From NCBI GenBank assembly GCA_016782605.1, contig JADHYE010000001.1:11128-75127 (forward strand): a stretch of DNA of 64,000 nt, read 5' to 3'. The position numbers and the translations under genes were made by a program. This document shows positions 16,000-25,653 of the stretch, piece by piece. Positions within the stretch are counted from its first letter, which is position 1, and each line of letters opens with the position of its first letter. This stretch comes from Minisyncoccota bacterium. Its GTDB lineage: Bacteria > Patescibacteriota > Minisyncoccia > Minisyncoccales > RBG-13-42-11. The notes under the pieces are model-generated. The model worked only from the letters and a program-made list of their open reading frames with translations. It did not search any database and was not told where the DNA came from.

Positions 16000-16626
16000 T
16001 CAATTAAATTTCTGCAATGGTTTAAAGGACATTCTGTGTATTTTACAGGGCCCGTGCTTTTTCAGTTGAATCTTGTGAAGCTTAGTGGGATATCCTTTGT
16101 GCTTATTAAAGCCGTACTTAGGATATTTTTTATCGTACCTGTCCATTATCCTGTCACGCGCCACTTTAGCAATAATTGAGGCGGCAGCGCAGGAAAACAC
16201 TTTATCGTCAGCTCCGACAATCAGCTTGTGATTAAAAGATTTCAGTTTATCAGAATTCAAATGGTTGCCGTCAACTAACAAAAAATCTGGTTTGAACTTC
16301 AAGCTCTTCAAGCTTTTCTCCATAGCCAGTTCAGCAGCGTTTTTAATATTAATTCTGTCAATCATACTTTCAGAAACCCTGCCTATCCCCCACCTGATAT
16401 TTTTATTCTTAGTCAAAAGCTTAAACAGTTTTTCTCTATTTTTAGAAGAAAGCTTTTTTGAATCTTTTACTTCCTGGAAAAGTTTTGAATCCAATGTCCT
16501 AACTAAAACTGCAGCTGCGGTCACGGGTCCTGCCAGAGGACCACGGCCTGCTTCGTCCAAGCCAACCACAAACTTAAAGCCCTTTTTACGTAATCTTCTC
16601 TCTTCTTGAAAAAATCCTTGTTTCAT
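16000..16626 (-). CDS. rnhB: ribonuclease HII
   Basis: motif VVGLDEAGRGPLAGPV. The start is taken at MKQGFF (ATG 16624-16626); the track's longer ORF would overlap the dnaE start. Confidence 0.85.
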   Translation of the reverse strand: MKQGFFQEERRLRKKGFKFVVGLDEAGRGPLAGPVTAAAVLVRTLDSKLFQEVKDSKKLSSKNREKLFKLLTKNKNIRWGIGRVSESMIDRINIKNAAELAMEKSLKSLKFKPDFLLVDGNHLNSDKLKSFNHKLIVGADDKVFSCAAASIIAKVARDRIMDRYDKKYPKYGFNKHKGYPTKLHKIQLKKHGPCKIHRMSFKPLQKFN

Positions 16627-16656
16627 AATATACTTAGATAATACTAACACAAAGTC

Positions 16657-19600
16657 ATGAAATTTACCCAGCACCACTTTCCAAAGGAAAAATCTATTCC
16701 CCAAGAAAAAGCCACAAAAAGTGGTGCGGTGTTTACTCATTTACACGTCCACTCCCACTACAGCCTATTGGATGGCTTACCGAAAATCGACCAACTTTTG
16801 GATTACGTAAAAGAACTGGGCATGGACTCTGTCGCTATCACTGACCACGGCAACATCTACGCTGCCGTGGAGTTTTATAAGAAGGCAAAAGAAAAAGGCA
16901 TAAAGCCGATTATCGGATGCGAGATGTATACGGCCCTTGAAAAGATGGCTGACAAAAGGCCAAATATTGACGACAAAAGACACCACCTTGTTTTATTGGT
17001 TAAAAACGAAAAGGGCTACAAGAATTTGGTAAAACTGATAACTAAAGCCCACTTGGACGGATTCTATTATAAGCCGAGGATCGACGATGAACTGCTCAGC
17101 CAATATTCCGAAGGCCTTATCGGCCTTTCTGCTTGTTTGGCCGGAAAAATACCAAAACTGATTCTGGCAAAAAAAATGGAAGAAGCTGAAAAAGTCGCCA
17201 AAAATTATCAGAAGATTTTTGGAAAAGATAATTTTTATCTTGACATACAGCACCATCCCAATTCCGCTGACCAAAAAACAGCAAACAAAGGATTAATCGA
17301 GCTTTCCAAAAAAACAGGCATTCCCTTGGTCGCTACCAATGACGTCCATTACTTGAGACCGGAAGACTCTGATGCCCAAGACATATTAATGTTAATCAAT
17401 ACAGGTTCTGACCCCAATGATCCTGAAAGATTAAGCTTGAAAATGGATGACTTTTCAATGAGAAGCCCGGAACAAATGGCAAAAGATTTCAAAGATCTGC
17501 CGGAAGCCATTGAAAACACGCAGAAAATCGCTGACCTTTGCAACTTCCAATTTGAACTGGATAAAGTAAAGCTTCCCCAATTTGCCGTACCAACCGGAGA
17601 AGATCCGAATACGTATATAGAAAAACTCTGCCAAAAAGGGCTGACTTCAAAATTCGGGGAAAAACCGGAAAAAGAAGTTATTGAAAGGATGAATTACGAA
17701 CTTTCCGTAATCAAACAAACAGGCTTTACTTCATATTTTTTAATTGTCCAGGATTTTGTCAACTGGGCCAAAGAAAACAGAATTGTTGTCGGGCCTGGCC
17801 GGGGCAGCGTCGGCGGATCTTTGGTCGCCTATCTTCTAAATATTACCAATATTGACCCTTTAAAGTACGATCTTTTATTTGAAAGATTTTTGAATCCGGA
17901 AAGAATTTCCATGCCTGATATTGATTTAGATTTTACAGACAGAAGAAGGGACGAAGTGATCCAGTATGTCAGCCAAAAATACGGCCGGGACAAAGTGGCC
18001 CAGATCATAACATTCGGGACCATGGCAGCCAGAGCAGTAGTCAGGGATGTTGGCAGAGCCATGGGACAACCTTACAGCTTTTGCGATCAGATTGCTAAAA
18101 TGATTCCTTTCGGCATGACGCTTGATGAAACGATGAAAAAAGTAAGCGAATTCAGTTCTTTATATGAATCAGACCAAGAAGCTAGAAAACTGATTGACGC
18201 TGCCAAAAAGTTGGAAGGAGTGGCCCGCCACGCCTCAACCCATGCCTGCGGAGTGGTAATCTCAAATACTCCTTTGGACGAAATCGTGCCTCTGCAGCAC
18301 CCTACCCAGAATGACCAAAACATTGTCACCCAGTATGAAATGCATTCTATTGAAGACTTGGGAATCTTGAAAATGGACTTTTTGGGATTGAAAAACCTGA
18401 CCATTATTGAAGACACCCTTTCCAGAATCTACGTCATTCATGGAACAAACCTTAATATTGAAAAGATTCCGACAGACGACAAAAAAACATACAAGCTTTT
18501 TCAAACCGGAGGAACAGTCGGCGTATTCCAGCTTGAGTCGGACGGCATGAGAAGATATCTAAAACAATTAAAGCCGACTGAGTTCGAAGACATTATTGCC
18601 ATGGTAGCGCTTTACCGCCCTGGCCCGATGCAGTTAATTCCCGACTATATCAGCAGAAAAAACAAAAAACAGAAAATAGAATACTTCCATCCTAAGTTGA
18701 AACCGATCCTGGAGAAAACCTACGGCATTGCCGTTTATCAAGAACAGATTATGCGAATCGCCAAAGATATGGCAGGATTCACATTAGCTGAAGCTGACGT
18801 TCTCAGAAAGGCAATCGGCAAAAAGATAAAAGAGCTTTTAATGTCTCAAAAGGAAAAATTCATAGCAGGAATGAAAAAAAACGAGATAAGCGAAAACATT
18901 GCCCAGCAAATCTGGTATTGGATTGAACCTTTCGCCAGCTACAGTTTTAACAGAAGCCATGCTGCTGCCTATGCCACTATCGCCTATCAGACAGCTTATT
19001 TGAAAACCCACTTCCCTGCAGAATTCATGTCGTCTCTTCTGACTTCAGAGAGAAACGATATTGAAAGAATCGCTGTCTTGATCGAAGAATGCAAGAAAAT
19101 GGGCCTGACCGTTCTGCCGCCGGATATAAATGAAAGTTTCACCTTTTTCAGCGTGGTGCCGAAAAAGAACCAGATAAGATTCGGGCTTTCAGCGATTAAA
19201 AATGTCGGTTCTAATATCGTGGAAGTGGTGGTCAATGAAAGAAAAGCAAACGGCCCTTTCATTTCAATCGATGATTTCCTTACCAGAACCAGCTCAAGAG
19301 ATCTCAATAAGAAGTCTTTGGAGAGTTTAATAAAAACCGGAGTTTTTGATAAAATGGCAGAAAGAAACCAGATGCTCTCTAACATTGAAAAGATTCTGGA
19401 ATACGCCAGAGAAAGCCAAAAAACCAAGACTAACGGCCAGACAGGCCTGTTTGACGGAATGAGTTTTAACAACCATATTCATTTGCCAGACACTACCCCA
19501 GCTTCGGAAAAAGAAAGATTGACCTGGGAAAAGGAACTGCTGGGACTCTTTATCAGCTCCCATCCTTTAAACGGATTCGAAAAGCTCCTGGAAAAGAAAG

Positions 19601-19905
19601 TGGTTTCCATAGCCAAGCTTTCAGGCAATGGCTTAAGAAGAAACGCCAGAGTCAAAATTGGAGGCATTATTTCGAATATTAAAAAAATAATAACCAGGAC
19701 GGGCAAACCAATGCTTTTTGTAAACGTGGAAGATTTAAGCAGCAAAATGGAAGTGATCGTCTTTCCGAACATAATCGCTAGAAACCCGTCAATTTTCCAG
19801 GAAAATAAGATTGTCATGGTTTCAGGCAGACTTGATTCAAAAGATGGCATCCAAAAAATAATCTGCGAAGAAATCGAAGAGATATTAGATATAAAAGAAA
19901 ATTAA
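16657..19905 (+). CDS. dnaE: DNA polymerase III alpha subunit
   Basis: 1082 aa; PHP domain HVHSHYSLLDG; polymerase core motifs. Confidence 0.9.
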   Translation: MKFTQHHFPKEKSIPQEKATKSGAVFTHLHVHSHYSLLDGLPKIDQLLDYVKELGMDSVAITDHGNIYAAVEFYKKAKEKGIKPIIGCEMYTALEKMADKRPNIDDKRHHLVLLVKNEKGYKNLVKLITKAHLDGFYYKPRIDDELLSQYSEGLIGLSACLAGKIPKLILAKKMEEAEKVAKNYQKIFGKDNFYLDIQHHPNSADQKTANKGLIELSKKTGIPLVATNDVHYLRPEDSDAQDILMLINTGSDPNDPERLSLKMDDFSMRSPEQMAKDFKDLPEAIENTQKIADLCNFQFELDKVKLPQFAVPTGEDPNTYIEKLCQKGLTSKFGEKPEKEVIERMNYELSVIKQTGFTSYFLIVQDFVNWAKENRIVVGPGRGSVGGSLVAYLLNITNIDPLKYDLLFERFLNPERISMPDIDLDFTDRRRDEVIQYVSQKYGRDKVAQIITFGTMAARAVVRDVGRAMGQPYSFCDQIAKMIPFGMTLDETMKKVSEFSSLYESDQEARKLIDAAKKLEGVARHASTHACGVVISNTPLDEIVPLQHPTQNDQNIVTQYEMHSIEDLGILKMDFLGLKNLTIIEDTLSRIYVIHGTNLNIEKIPTDDKKTYKLFQTGGTVGVFQLESDGMRRYLKQLKPTEFEDIIAMVALYRPGPMQLIPDYISRKNKKQKIEYFHPKLKPILEKTYGIAVYQEQIMRIAKDMAGFTLAEADVLRKAIGKKIKELLMSQKEKFIAGMKKNEISENIAQQIWYWIEPFASYSFNRSHAAAYATIAYQTAYLKTHFPAEFMSSLLTSERNDIERIAVLIEECKKMGLTVLPPDINESFTFFSVVPKKNQIRFGLSAIKNVGSNIVEVVVNERKANGPFISIDDFLTRTSSRDLNKKSLESLIKTGVFDKMAERNQMLSNIEKILEYARESQKTKTNGQTGLFDGMSFNNHIHLPDTTPASEKERLTWEKELLGLFISSHPLNGFEKLLEKKVVSIAKLSGNGLRRNARVKIGGIISNIKKIITRTGKPMLFVNVEDLSSKMEVIVFPNIIARNPSIFQENKIVMVSGRLDSKDGIQKIICEEIEEILDIKEN

Positions 19906-19976
19906 TATATCTCTTCTCCGCCTTCATTCCGTTACCGCGGAACTTGGCAATAGAAGAAATCGTTGAATCATAATAT

Positions 19977-21668
19977 ATGAAAATTGAAACAATACGCCAT
20001 TCTTTAGCCCACATATTAGCTTTTGCTGTCTGGGAACTGAATCCCAAGGTTAAGTTCGGCATGGGACCGGCAATTGAAAACGGCTTTTATTATGATTTTG
20101 ATTCTTCTTTCGTGCCGAAAGACTTGCCAAAAATAGAAAAAAGAATGAAAGAGCTGATAAAACAGAATATTTTATTTAAAAAGAAAATAATTACAAAAAC
20201 AGAGGCCAAAAAGATTTTTAAAGGACAGCCATACAAGCTGGAACTGATTAATGAATTGCCTGATAGCAAAGCCACTATTTATCAAAGCGGGAAATTCATT
20301 GATTTGTGCAAAGGACCCCACATTAAATCAACCAATGAAATAGACCCTGAATCTTTTAAATTGACAAAAATAGCTGGCGCATATTGGAAAGGTTCTGAAA
20401 AAAACCAGATGCTGACCAGAATCTACGGCTTGGCATTTACAAATAAAAAAGAATTGGCCCTTCGTCTTCAAAAAGAAGCTGAAGCTGAAAAAAGGGACCA
20501 CCGTCTTTTGGGACAAAAATTAGGATTGTTTCTTTTTGACGAGGAAGTCGGAGCCGGCCTGCCCATCTGGAAACCGAAAGGAACCATATTAAGGCAAATT
20601 ATCGAAGACTACCTGCACAAAGAATTAAGCTCGCAAGGCTACCAGTGGATAACCAGCCCCCATATCGGAAAATTAGAGCTTTGGAAAACTTCGGGCCATT
20701 GGAACCATTACCGCGAAAACATGTATTCCCCCATTAAAATCGAGGAAGAAGAATATATGTTAAAGCCGATGAACTGCCCTTTTGCTGTAAAGATTTACAA
20801 GTCAGAGATAAGAAGCTATAAAGACTTGCCGATAAAATATGCGGAATTGGGAACGGTTTACCGCTACGAAAGGTCAGGGGTGCTGCACGGCTTAACCCGA
20901 GTCAGGGGCTTTACCCAGGACGATGCCCACATTATCTGCACGCCGGACCAATTATCAAAAGAGATAGAAAACCTTTTGAAATTTAGCTTTAAAATATTAA
21001 AGACTTTCGGATTTAAAGACTATGACATTTATCTTTCCACAAGGCCGGAAAAATATGCGGGAAACTTAAAAGACTGGGAAAAAGCAACCAATGTTTTAAA
21101 ATATGCTCTTCAGAAATTAAAGCTGAAATGGCAGTTAGACCAAGGAGGAGGAGTGTTTTACGGACCGAAAATAGATATAAAAATTAAAGATTCTCTGGGC
21201 AGGCCTTGGCAATGCACGACAGTCCAGATTGACTTCAATTTGACCGAACGTTTCGATATAGCGTATATCAACGAAAAAGGAAAAAAGCAAAAACCTTTCA
21301 TGATTCATCGGGCTATCCTAGGTTCGCTTGAAAGGTTTATCGGAGTTTTGCTTGAACATTATGCCGGCTCTATGCCTTTATGGCTATCCCCCGAACAAAT
21401 CTGGGTTATTCCTTTGGGAGCAAAACATGAAAAATACGCAAAAATAATTACCGAAACCCTGCGAGCTGCCGGTTTTAGAACGCAACTCAAAAACGAAAAC
21501 GAAACCGTTTCAAAGAAAATCCGTACAGGAGAAATGCAAAAAATCCCCTATCTTTTGGTAGTCGGCGATAAAGAAATGAAAGCTAAATCAGTCAGAGTAA
21601 GGGAAAGACAAAAAGGAGATATCGGCGAAATAAAAGTCAATAAATTTATTGAAAAAATTAAAAAATAA
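19977..21668 (+). CDS. thrS: threonyl-tRNA synthetase lacking the N-terminal TGS domain
   Basis: 563 aa; editing-domain HSLAHIL motif; class II core and anticodon-binding domain. Confidence 0.9.
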   Translation: MKIETIRHSLAHILAFAVWELNPKVKFGMGPAIENGFYYDFDSSFVPKDLPKIEKRMKELIKQNILFKKKIITKTEAKKIFKGQPYKLELINELPDSKATIYQSGKFIDLCKGPHIKSTNEIDPESFKLTKIAGAYWKGSEKNQMLTRIYGLAFTNKKELALRLQKEAEAEKRDHRLLGQKLGLFLFDEEVGAGLPIWKPKGTILRQIIEDYLHKELSSQGYQWITSPHIGKLELWKTSGHWNHYRENMYSPIKIEEEEYMLKPMNCPFAVKIYKSEIRSYKDLPIKYAELGTVYRYERSGVLHGLTRVRGFTQDDAHIICTPDQLSKEIENLLKFSFKILKTFGFKDYDIYLSTRPEKYAGNLKDWEKATNVLKYALQKLKLKWQLDQGGGVFYGPKIDIKIKDSLGRPWQCTTVQIDFNLTERFDIAYINEKGKKQKPFMIHRAILGSLERFIGVLLEHYAGSMPLWLSPEQIWVIPLGAKHEKYAKIITETLRAAGFRTQLKNENETVSKKIRTGEMQKIPYLLVVGDKEMKAKSVRVRERQKGDIGEIKVNKFIEKIKK

Positions 21669-23268
21669 TAACCTTATGTCGGAATTATCCCAACAAACGC
21701 AAAAGCTAATTCAAAAATACCAGACCTGGCAAGATTCTTTACAGCCTAAACCGGAAATACCAACTATCCATGTTGACGAAGTTGCTTCAGCTGTTGCTGC
21801 TTTCTATGAAAAAATAAGAGGCGTCGTAGACTGGCGGGAAGAACATTTAATGAGAAGAGCAGCCATTGAAAGAATGTTAAAAAGAAGATTGCTTTTGACC
21901 AAAGACAGCCAGGAGGTTACTGAACCTTTAATACTGGAACTGATCAGAAGCGGACATTTCCCCAATGACAGAATACCGGAAACAGTGATCAGCCAAGTAA
22001 AGAAAATAATAGAAAAGTACGTCTTTATCTTGGAAAACGCTCCCCCGGCTCCAGCTGAAAAAATGAAAGCCCAGCTTTACGACTGGCTTTTATCGATTGC
22101 CGCCTGCGAAATAGAAGAAGAGCTTATTCCGCCTCACCGGGAAAGAGCGCTGATCGATTATATGACAGAAGCAATGACAGAAAAGATACAATTGAACAAC
22201 GGTATTTCTGAGGAACAAAAAAACATCTATATCCATATCGCCGTCCAAAGAGCTCTTTTCAAGCTGGATAATCCGATAATCATCTACAATCTTTTAAAAA
22301 GGCAGTATCCCCAGTGGCACGATCTGAAAAACGGAGACTCCCCGCTTCCGGAAATATCCCAAAATATTTATTCAAGCTGGAAAACTTTTGAAAAATATCT
22401 AAAACAACGCCTTTCGGAAAAATTCTATAAAGTTTGCGAAAGATACGATACTGCTTATTTGGTTCTGGGAGACGTAATTTCCGAAGAGCCGATGACCGCC
22501 CAGGAAAAGCTGTCTATACCAGAAGAGATGGAAAACAAAATATCAGCTGCTTACAAAAAAAGGTTAAAAACCCTGAAAAAGAGAATCAACCGGGCAGCTA
22601 TTTACGCCACTATTTCCATATTCGTCACCAAAATACTTTTGGCGTTGGCGATTGAGGTGCCTTTTGACAGATATGTAACCGGACAATTCAGCTACCAGGC
22701 ATTGGCTTTCAATATTCTGATCCCCGCCCTTTTAATGCTATTTCTAATCTCGACCATCAGGCCCCCTAAAAAGGAAAATCTGCAGCAGGTTGTCATGGAA
22801 ATAATGAAGATAGCCTACTCAACAGAAAGTAAAGACGTGTACACGATAAAAATCCCAAGAAAAAGAGGCTGGCTGATGAATGCCTTTATCACCAGTTTTT
22901 ATTCTTTCGGTTTTCTGACCTCTTTCGGATTAATAATCTTGGGCTTGTACAAATTGGACTTTGGCATACTTTCCATGATAATCTTCCTTGTCTTCATTTC
23001 CTTGATTTCTTTTGCCGGAACAAAACTCAGGGAAAGGTCACGCGAACTGGAAATAATGGAAAGAAAAGAATCGTTCCTAATGTTTATCATTGATCTTTTC
23101 TCTCTGCCGATCATCCGCATGGGCAAATGGCTTTCAGGCCAATGGGCAAAATACAACGTAATTGTCGTCTTTTTCAACTTTCTCATCGACATGCCACTGC
23201 AAACCTTTATTGAATTTCTGGAAAAATGGCGCGAATTCCTTAAAGAAAAGAAGGAAGAAATACACTAA
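21649..23268 (+). CDS. hypothetical protein, soluble N-terminal half plus multi-TM C-terminal half
   Basis: 539 aa; 20-nt overlap with the thrS stop; followed by an intrinsic terminator; no family recognised. Confidence 0.4.
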   Translation: MKKLKNNNLMSELSQQTQKLIQKYQTWQDSLQPKPEIPTIHVDEVASAVAAFYEKIRGVVDWREEHLMRRAAIERMLKRRLLLTKDSQEVTEPLILELIRSGHFPNDRIPETVISQVKKIIEKYVFILENAPPAPAEKMKAQLYDWLLSIAACEIEEELIPPHRERALIDYMTEAMTEKIQLNNGISEEQKNIYIHIAVQRALFKLDNPIIIYNLLKRQYPQWHDLKNGDSPLPEISQNIYSSWKTFEKYLKQRLSEKFYKVCERYDTAYLVLGDVISEEPMTAQEKLSIPEEMENKISAAYKKRLKTLKKRINRAAIYATISIFVTKILLALAIEVPFDRYVTGQFSYQALAFNILIPALLMLFLISTIRPPKKENLQQVVMEIMKIAYSTESKDVYTIKIPRKRGWLMNAFITSFYSFGFLTSFGLIILGLYKLDFGILSMIIFLVFISLISFAGTKLRERSRELEIMERKESFLMFIIDLFSLPIIRMGKWLSGQWAKYNVIVVFFNFLIDMPLQTFIEFLEKWREFLKEKKEEIH

Positions 23269-23288
23269 TTAAGAATTACAAATATGGA

Positions 23289-23318
23289 AAGCGGCCTTGA
23301 GAAGGCCGTTTTGCTGTT
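23289..23318 (+). terminator. intrinsic terminator (GCGGCCTT-GAGA-AGGCCG followed by TTTTGCTGTT)
   Basis: lies inside the track's N-terminal extension of the next ORF, which argues for the later start. Confidence 0.6.
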
Positions 23319-23332
23319 ATAGAATAAAAGAT

Positions 23333-24391
23333 ATGCTAAAGTACCAAATCATCACTTTCGGTTGCCAGATGAATAAAGCGGATTCAGAAAGAATTGCCAC
23401 GACATTAGAAAAGAAGGGCTATAAGCCGACAAAAGACTCAAACAAAGCCAATCTGGTTTTAATTAACATGTGCTCTGTCAGACAGTCAGCAGTCGATAGG
23501 GTCTATGGTAAAATCAACAATTTGAAAAAGATTAAAGTAAAAAATCCAAAACTTAAAACTATTCTTACTGGCTGTATTCTTAAAAAAGACAAAAGAAAGT
23601 TTGAAAAGTTTTTCGATGAAATTTGGAGCAATAAGAACCATTTCAAAGAAAAAGCCAAATGTCAAAACAAGTCCTTAGCTTTCGTGCCAATTTCCAACGG
23701 CTGCAATAATGCCTGTACTTACTGCGTTGTCCCATATACCAGAGGCGCTTTGAACTGCCGAAGCCATAAAGAAATACTGAAAGAAGCTAAAAGTTTTATT
23801 AAAAAAGGATTAAACCCCATTAGAAATGCGATTTCTAACGGGGCAAGGGAAATCTGGCTTTTGGGGCAGAACGTTAACGATTATCATTCGCCAACGAATA
23901 AAACAATAAATTTTGCCAGGCTTTTGGATCTGATAAATGACATTCCAGGAAACTTTAGGATTCTCTTCACATCTCCCCATCCCAAGAACTTTTCCGACGA
24001 ATTGATTGAGTCTTTAGATCGCTGCCAGAAATTCGGCAATTACCTTAACATACCCGTCCAATCGGGAAATGACCAGATATTAAAGAAAATGAACCGTAAT
24101 TATACGGCCAAAGAATATAGAAAGCTAATAGAAAAAATAAAGAAAAAGATACCGAAAATAAAGTTATCTACCGATATTATCGTCGGCTTTCCAGGAGAAA
24201 CCAAAAAACAGTTCCAAGATACGGTAAAACTGTTTAAAGAGATTAAATTTAACTGGGCCTATATTTCAAAATACTCTCCTCGTCCAGGCACCGCTGCCTT
24301 TAAATTAAAAGATGACATCTCCCTGTCAGAAAAAAAGAAAAGAGAAACCATTTTAAGAGAAATTTTAAAAAAAGCATGGAAAATAAACTAA
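23333..24391 (+). CDS. radical-SAM methylthiotransferase (MiaB/RimO family)
   Basis: N-terminal MTTase domain ITFGCQMN; CNNACTYC radical-SAM motif; start moved to MLKYQ because of the terminator upstream. Confidence 0.8.
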   Translation: MLKYQIITFGCQMNKADSERIATTLEKKGYKPTKDSNKANLVLINMCSVRQSAVDRVYGKINNLKKIKVKNPKLKTILTGCILKKDKRKFEKFFDEIWSNKNHFKEKAKCQNKSLAFVPISNGCNNACTYCVVPYTRGALNCRSHKEILKEAKSFIKKGLNPIRNAISNGAREIWLLGQNVNDYHSPTNKTINFARLLDLINDIPGNFRILFTSPHPKNFSDELIESLDRCQKFGNYLNIPVQSGNDQILKKMNRNYTAKEYRKLIEKIKKKIPKIKLSTDIIVGFPGETKKQFQDTVKLFKEIKFNWAYISKYSPRPGTAAFKLKDDISLSEKKKRETILREILKKAWKIN

Positions 24392-25260
24392 TCGTCATAT
24401 TGGGACCGACGGCTTCCGGCAAGTCGGATTTGGCCGTTAAAATAGCCAGAAAAATCAAAGCTGAAGTCATATCTGCTGATTCTAGGCAAGTCTACAAGGG
24501 AATGGATATTGGCAGCGGCAAGATAACCAAAAAAGAAATGAAAGGCATCCCCCACCACCTGCTAAACGTTGCTTCACCCAAAAAAAGATTCACGGTCAGC
24601 CAATATCAAATATTAGCAAAAAAAGCAATAAACAAAGTTTTAAAGAAAGGAAAAATCCCAATTTTATGCGGCGGAAGCGGCTTTTACATTCAAGCAGTAA
24701 TCGACGGTATAGCTATTCCAGAAGTAAAACCAGATTATACCTTAAGAATAAAACTTGAAAAGTTTACAACTGAAGAGTTATTCAAAGAATTAAAAAAACT
24801 GGACAAAGAAAGGGCGAAAAACATTGATAAAAACAACAGAAGAAGACTGATTAGAGCTTTGGAGATAGCGATTAAAACAAAAAAACCTATTCCTTCTTTA
24901 AAAAAGAATCCCCTAGCCTATCCTGTTTTGATTATCGGCATTCAAAAAGAAAAAGAAGAACTAAAAAAACTAATACAAAAAAGACTCTCAAAAAGATTAA
25001 AACAAGGAATGATTGAGGAGACAAAGAAACTCCATAAATCAGGAATCTCTTGGCAAAGACTGGAAGAATTTGGCCTGGAATACCGCTTTATCGCTCAATA
25101 TCTCCAGAATAAGATAAACTATGAAGAAGTGGTAGAACGCATACAGAAAGAAAGCGAACAGTTTGTTAAACGCCAAATGACCTGGTTTAAAAGAGATAAA
25201 CGTATTAACTGGATTAAAAACTATTCTGAAGTTGAAAAATTGATAAAAGAATTTATATAA
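24376..25260 (+). CDS. miaA: tRNA dimethylallyltransferase
   Basis: 294 aa; P-loop ILGPTASGKS. Confidence 0.9.
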   Translation: MENKLIVILGPTASGKSDLAVKIARKIKAEVISADSRQVYKGMDIGSGKITKKEMKGIPHHLLNVASPKKRFTVSQYQILAKKAINKVLKKGKIPILCGGSGFYIQAVIDGIAIPEVKPDYTLRIKLEKFTTEELFKELKKLDKERAKNIDKNNRRRLIRALEIAIKTKKPIPSLKKNPLAYPVLIIGIQKEKEELKKLIQKRLSKRLKQGMIEETKKLHKSGISWQRLEEFGLEYRFIAQYLQNKINYEEVVERIQKESEQFVKRQMTWFKRDKRINWIKNYSEVEKLIKEFI

Positions 25261-25346
25261 AAATATATTTATTATCCAAATTTAAAGGGCTAAGTTTTAT
25301 ACTTGATACTTAGCCCTCCGATGTTCATCTACCCAGATGTCTGGTT

Positions 25347-25532
25347 CTATAAAACCTGACAAATCTGATTAGTAGGTACAAAAAGATTAATTTCATCGGT
25401 TATCCCTGGGATTCCGGTCTTTACAATAACCGACTCAAGGCCGATGAAAACTACTTCTCCGATTTGTGGATGGGCATCGGTGAACATACGGCGGAATGTT
25501 GCCAAACCGCCCACTTTAAGATTTTGTGGCAC
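25347..25532 (-). CDS. small hypothetical protein (about 61 aa) with a strong AAGGAGG Shine-Dalgarno sequence
   Basis: ORF sits in the miaA/gatB convergent spacer; a GTG start lies 9 nt downstream of AAGGAGG; no family recognised. Confidence 0.25.
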   Translation of the reverse strand: MPQNLKVGGLATFRRMFTDAHPQIGEVVFIGLESVIVKTGIPGITDEINLFVPTNQICQVL

Positions 25533-25653
25533 GAATACCACCTCCTTATATATTAAATTATACTACTTTTTTCTACTTTGTCAACCCGGTAGTAGGTTTT
25601 GGACTCATTCGCCGAAGGCGAATAAAAGAAAGCGTGGCTTTGTCCAAAATTCA

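Noticed and set aside
16627-16740. 38-codon N-terminal extension of rnhB
   Set aside because: It overlaps the divergent dnaE start. A later ATG (MKQGFF) gives a canonical RNase HII N-terminus.
23297-23332. ORF-track start of the MiaB-like gene at 23297
   Set aside because: That start would read through a strong intrinsic terminator hairpin (23289-23318). The ATG at 23333 is used instead.
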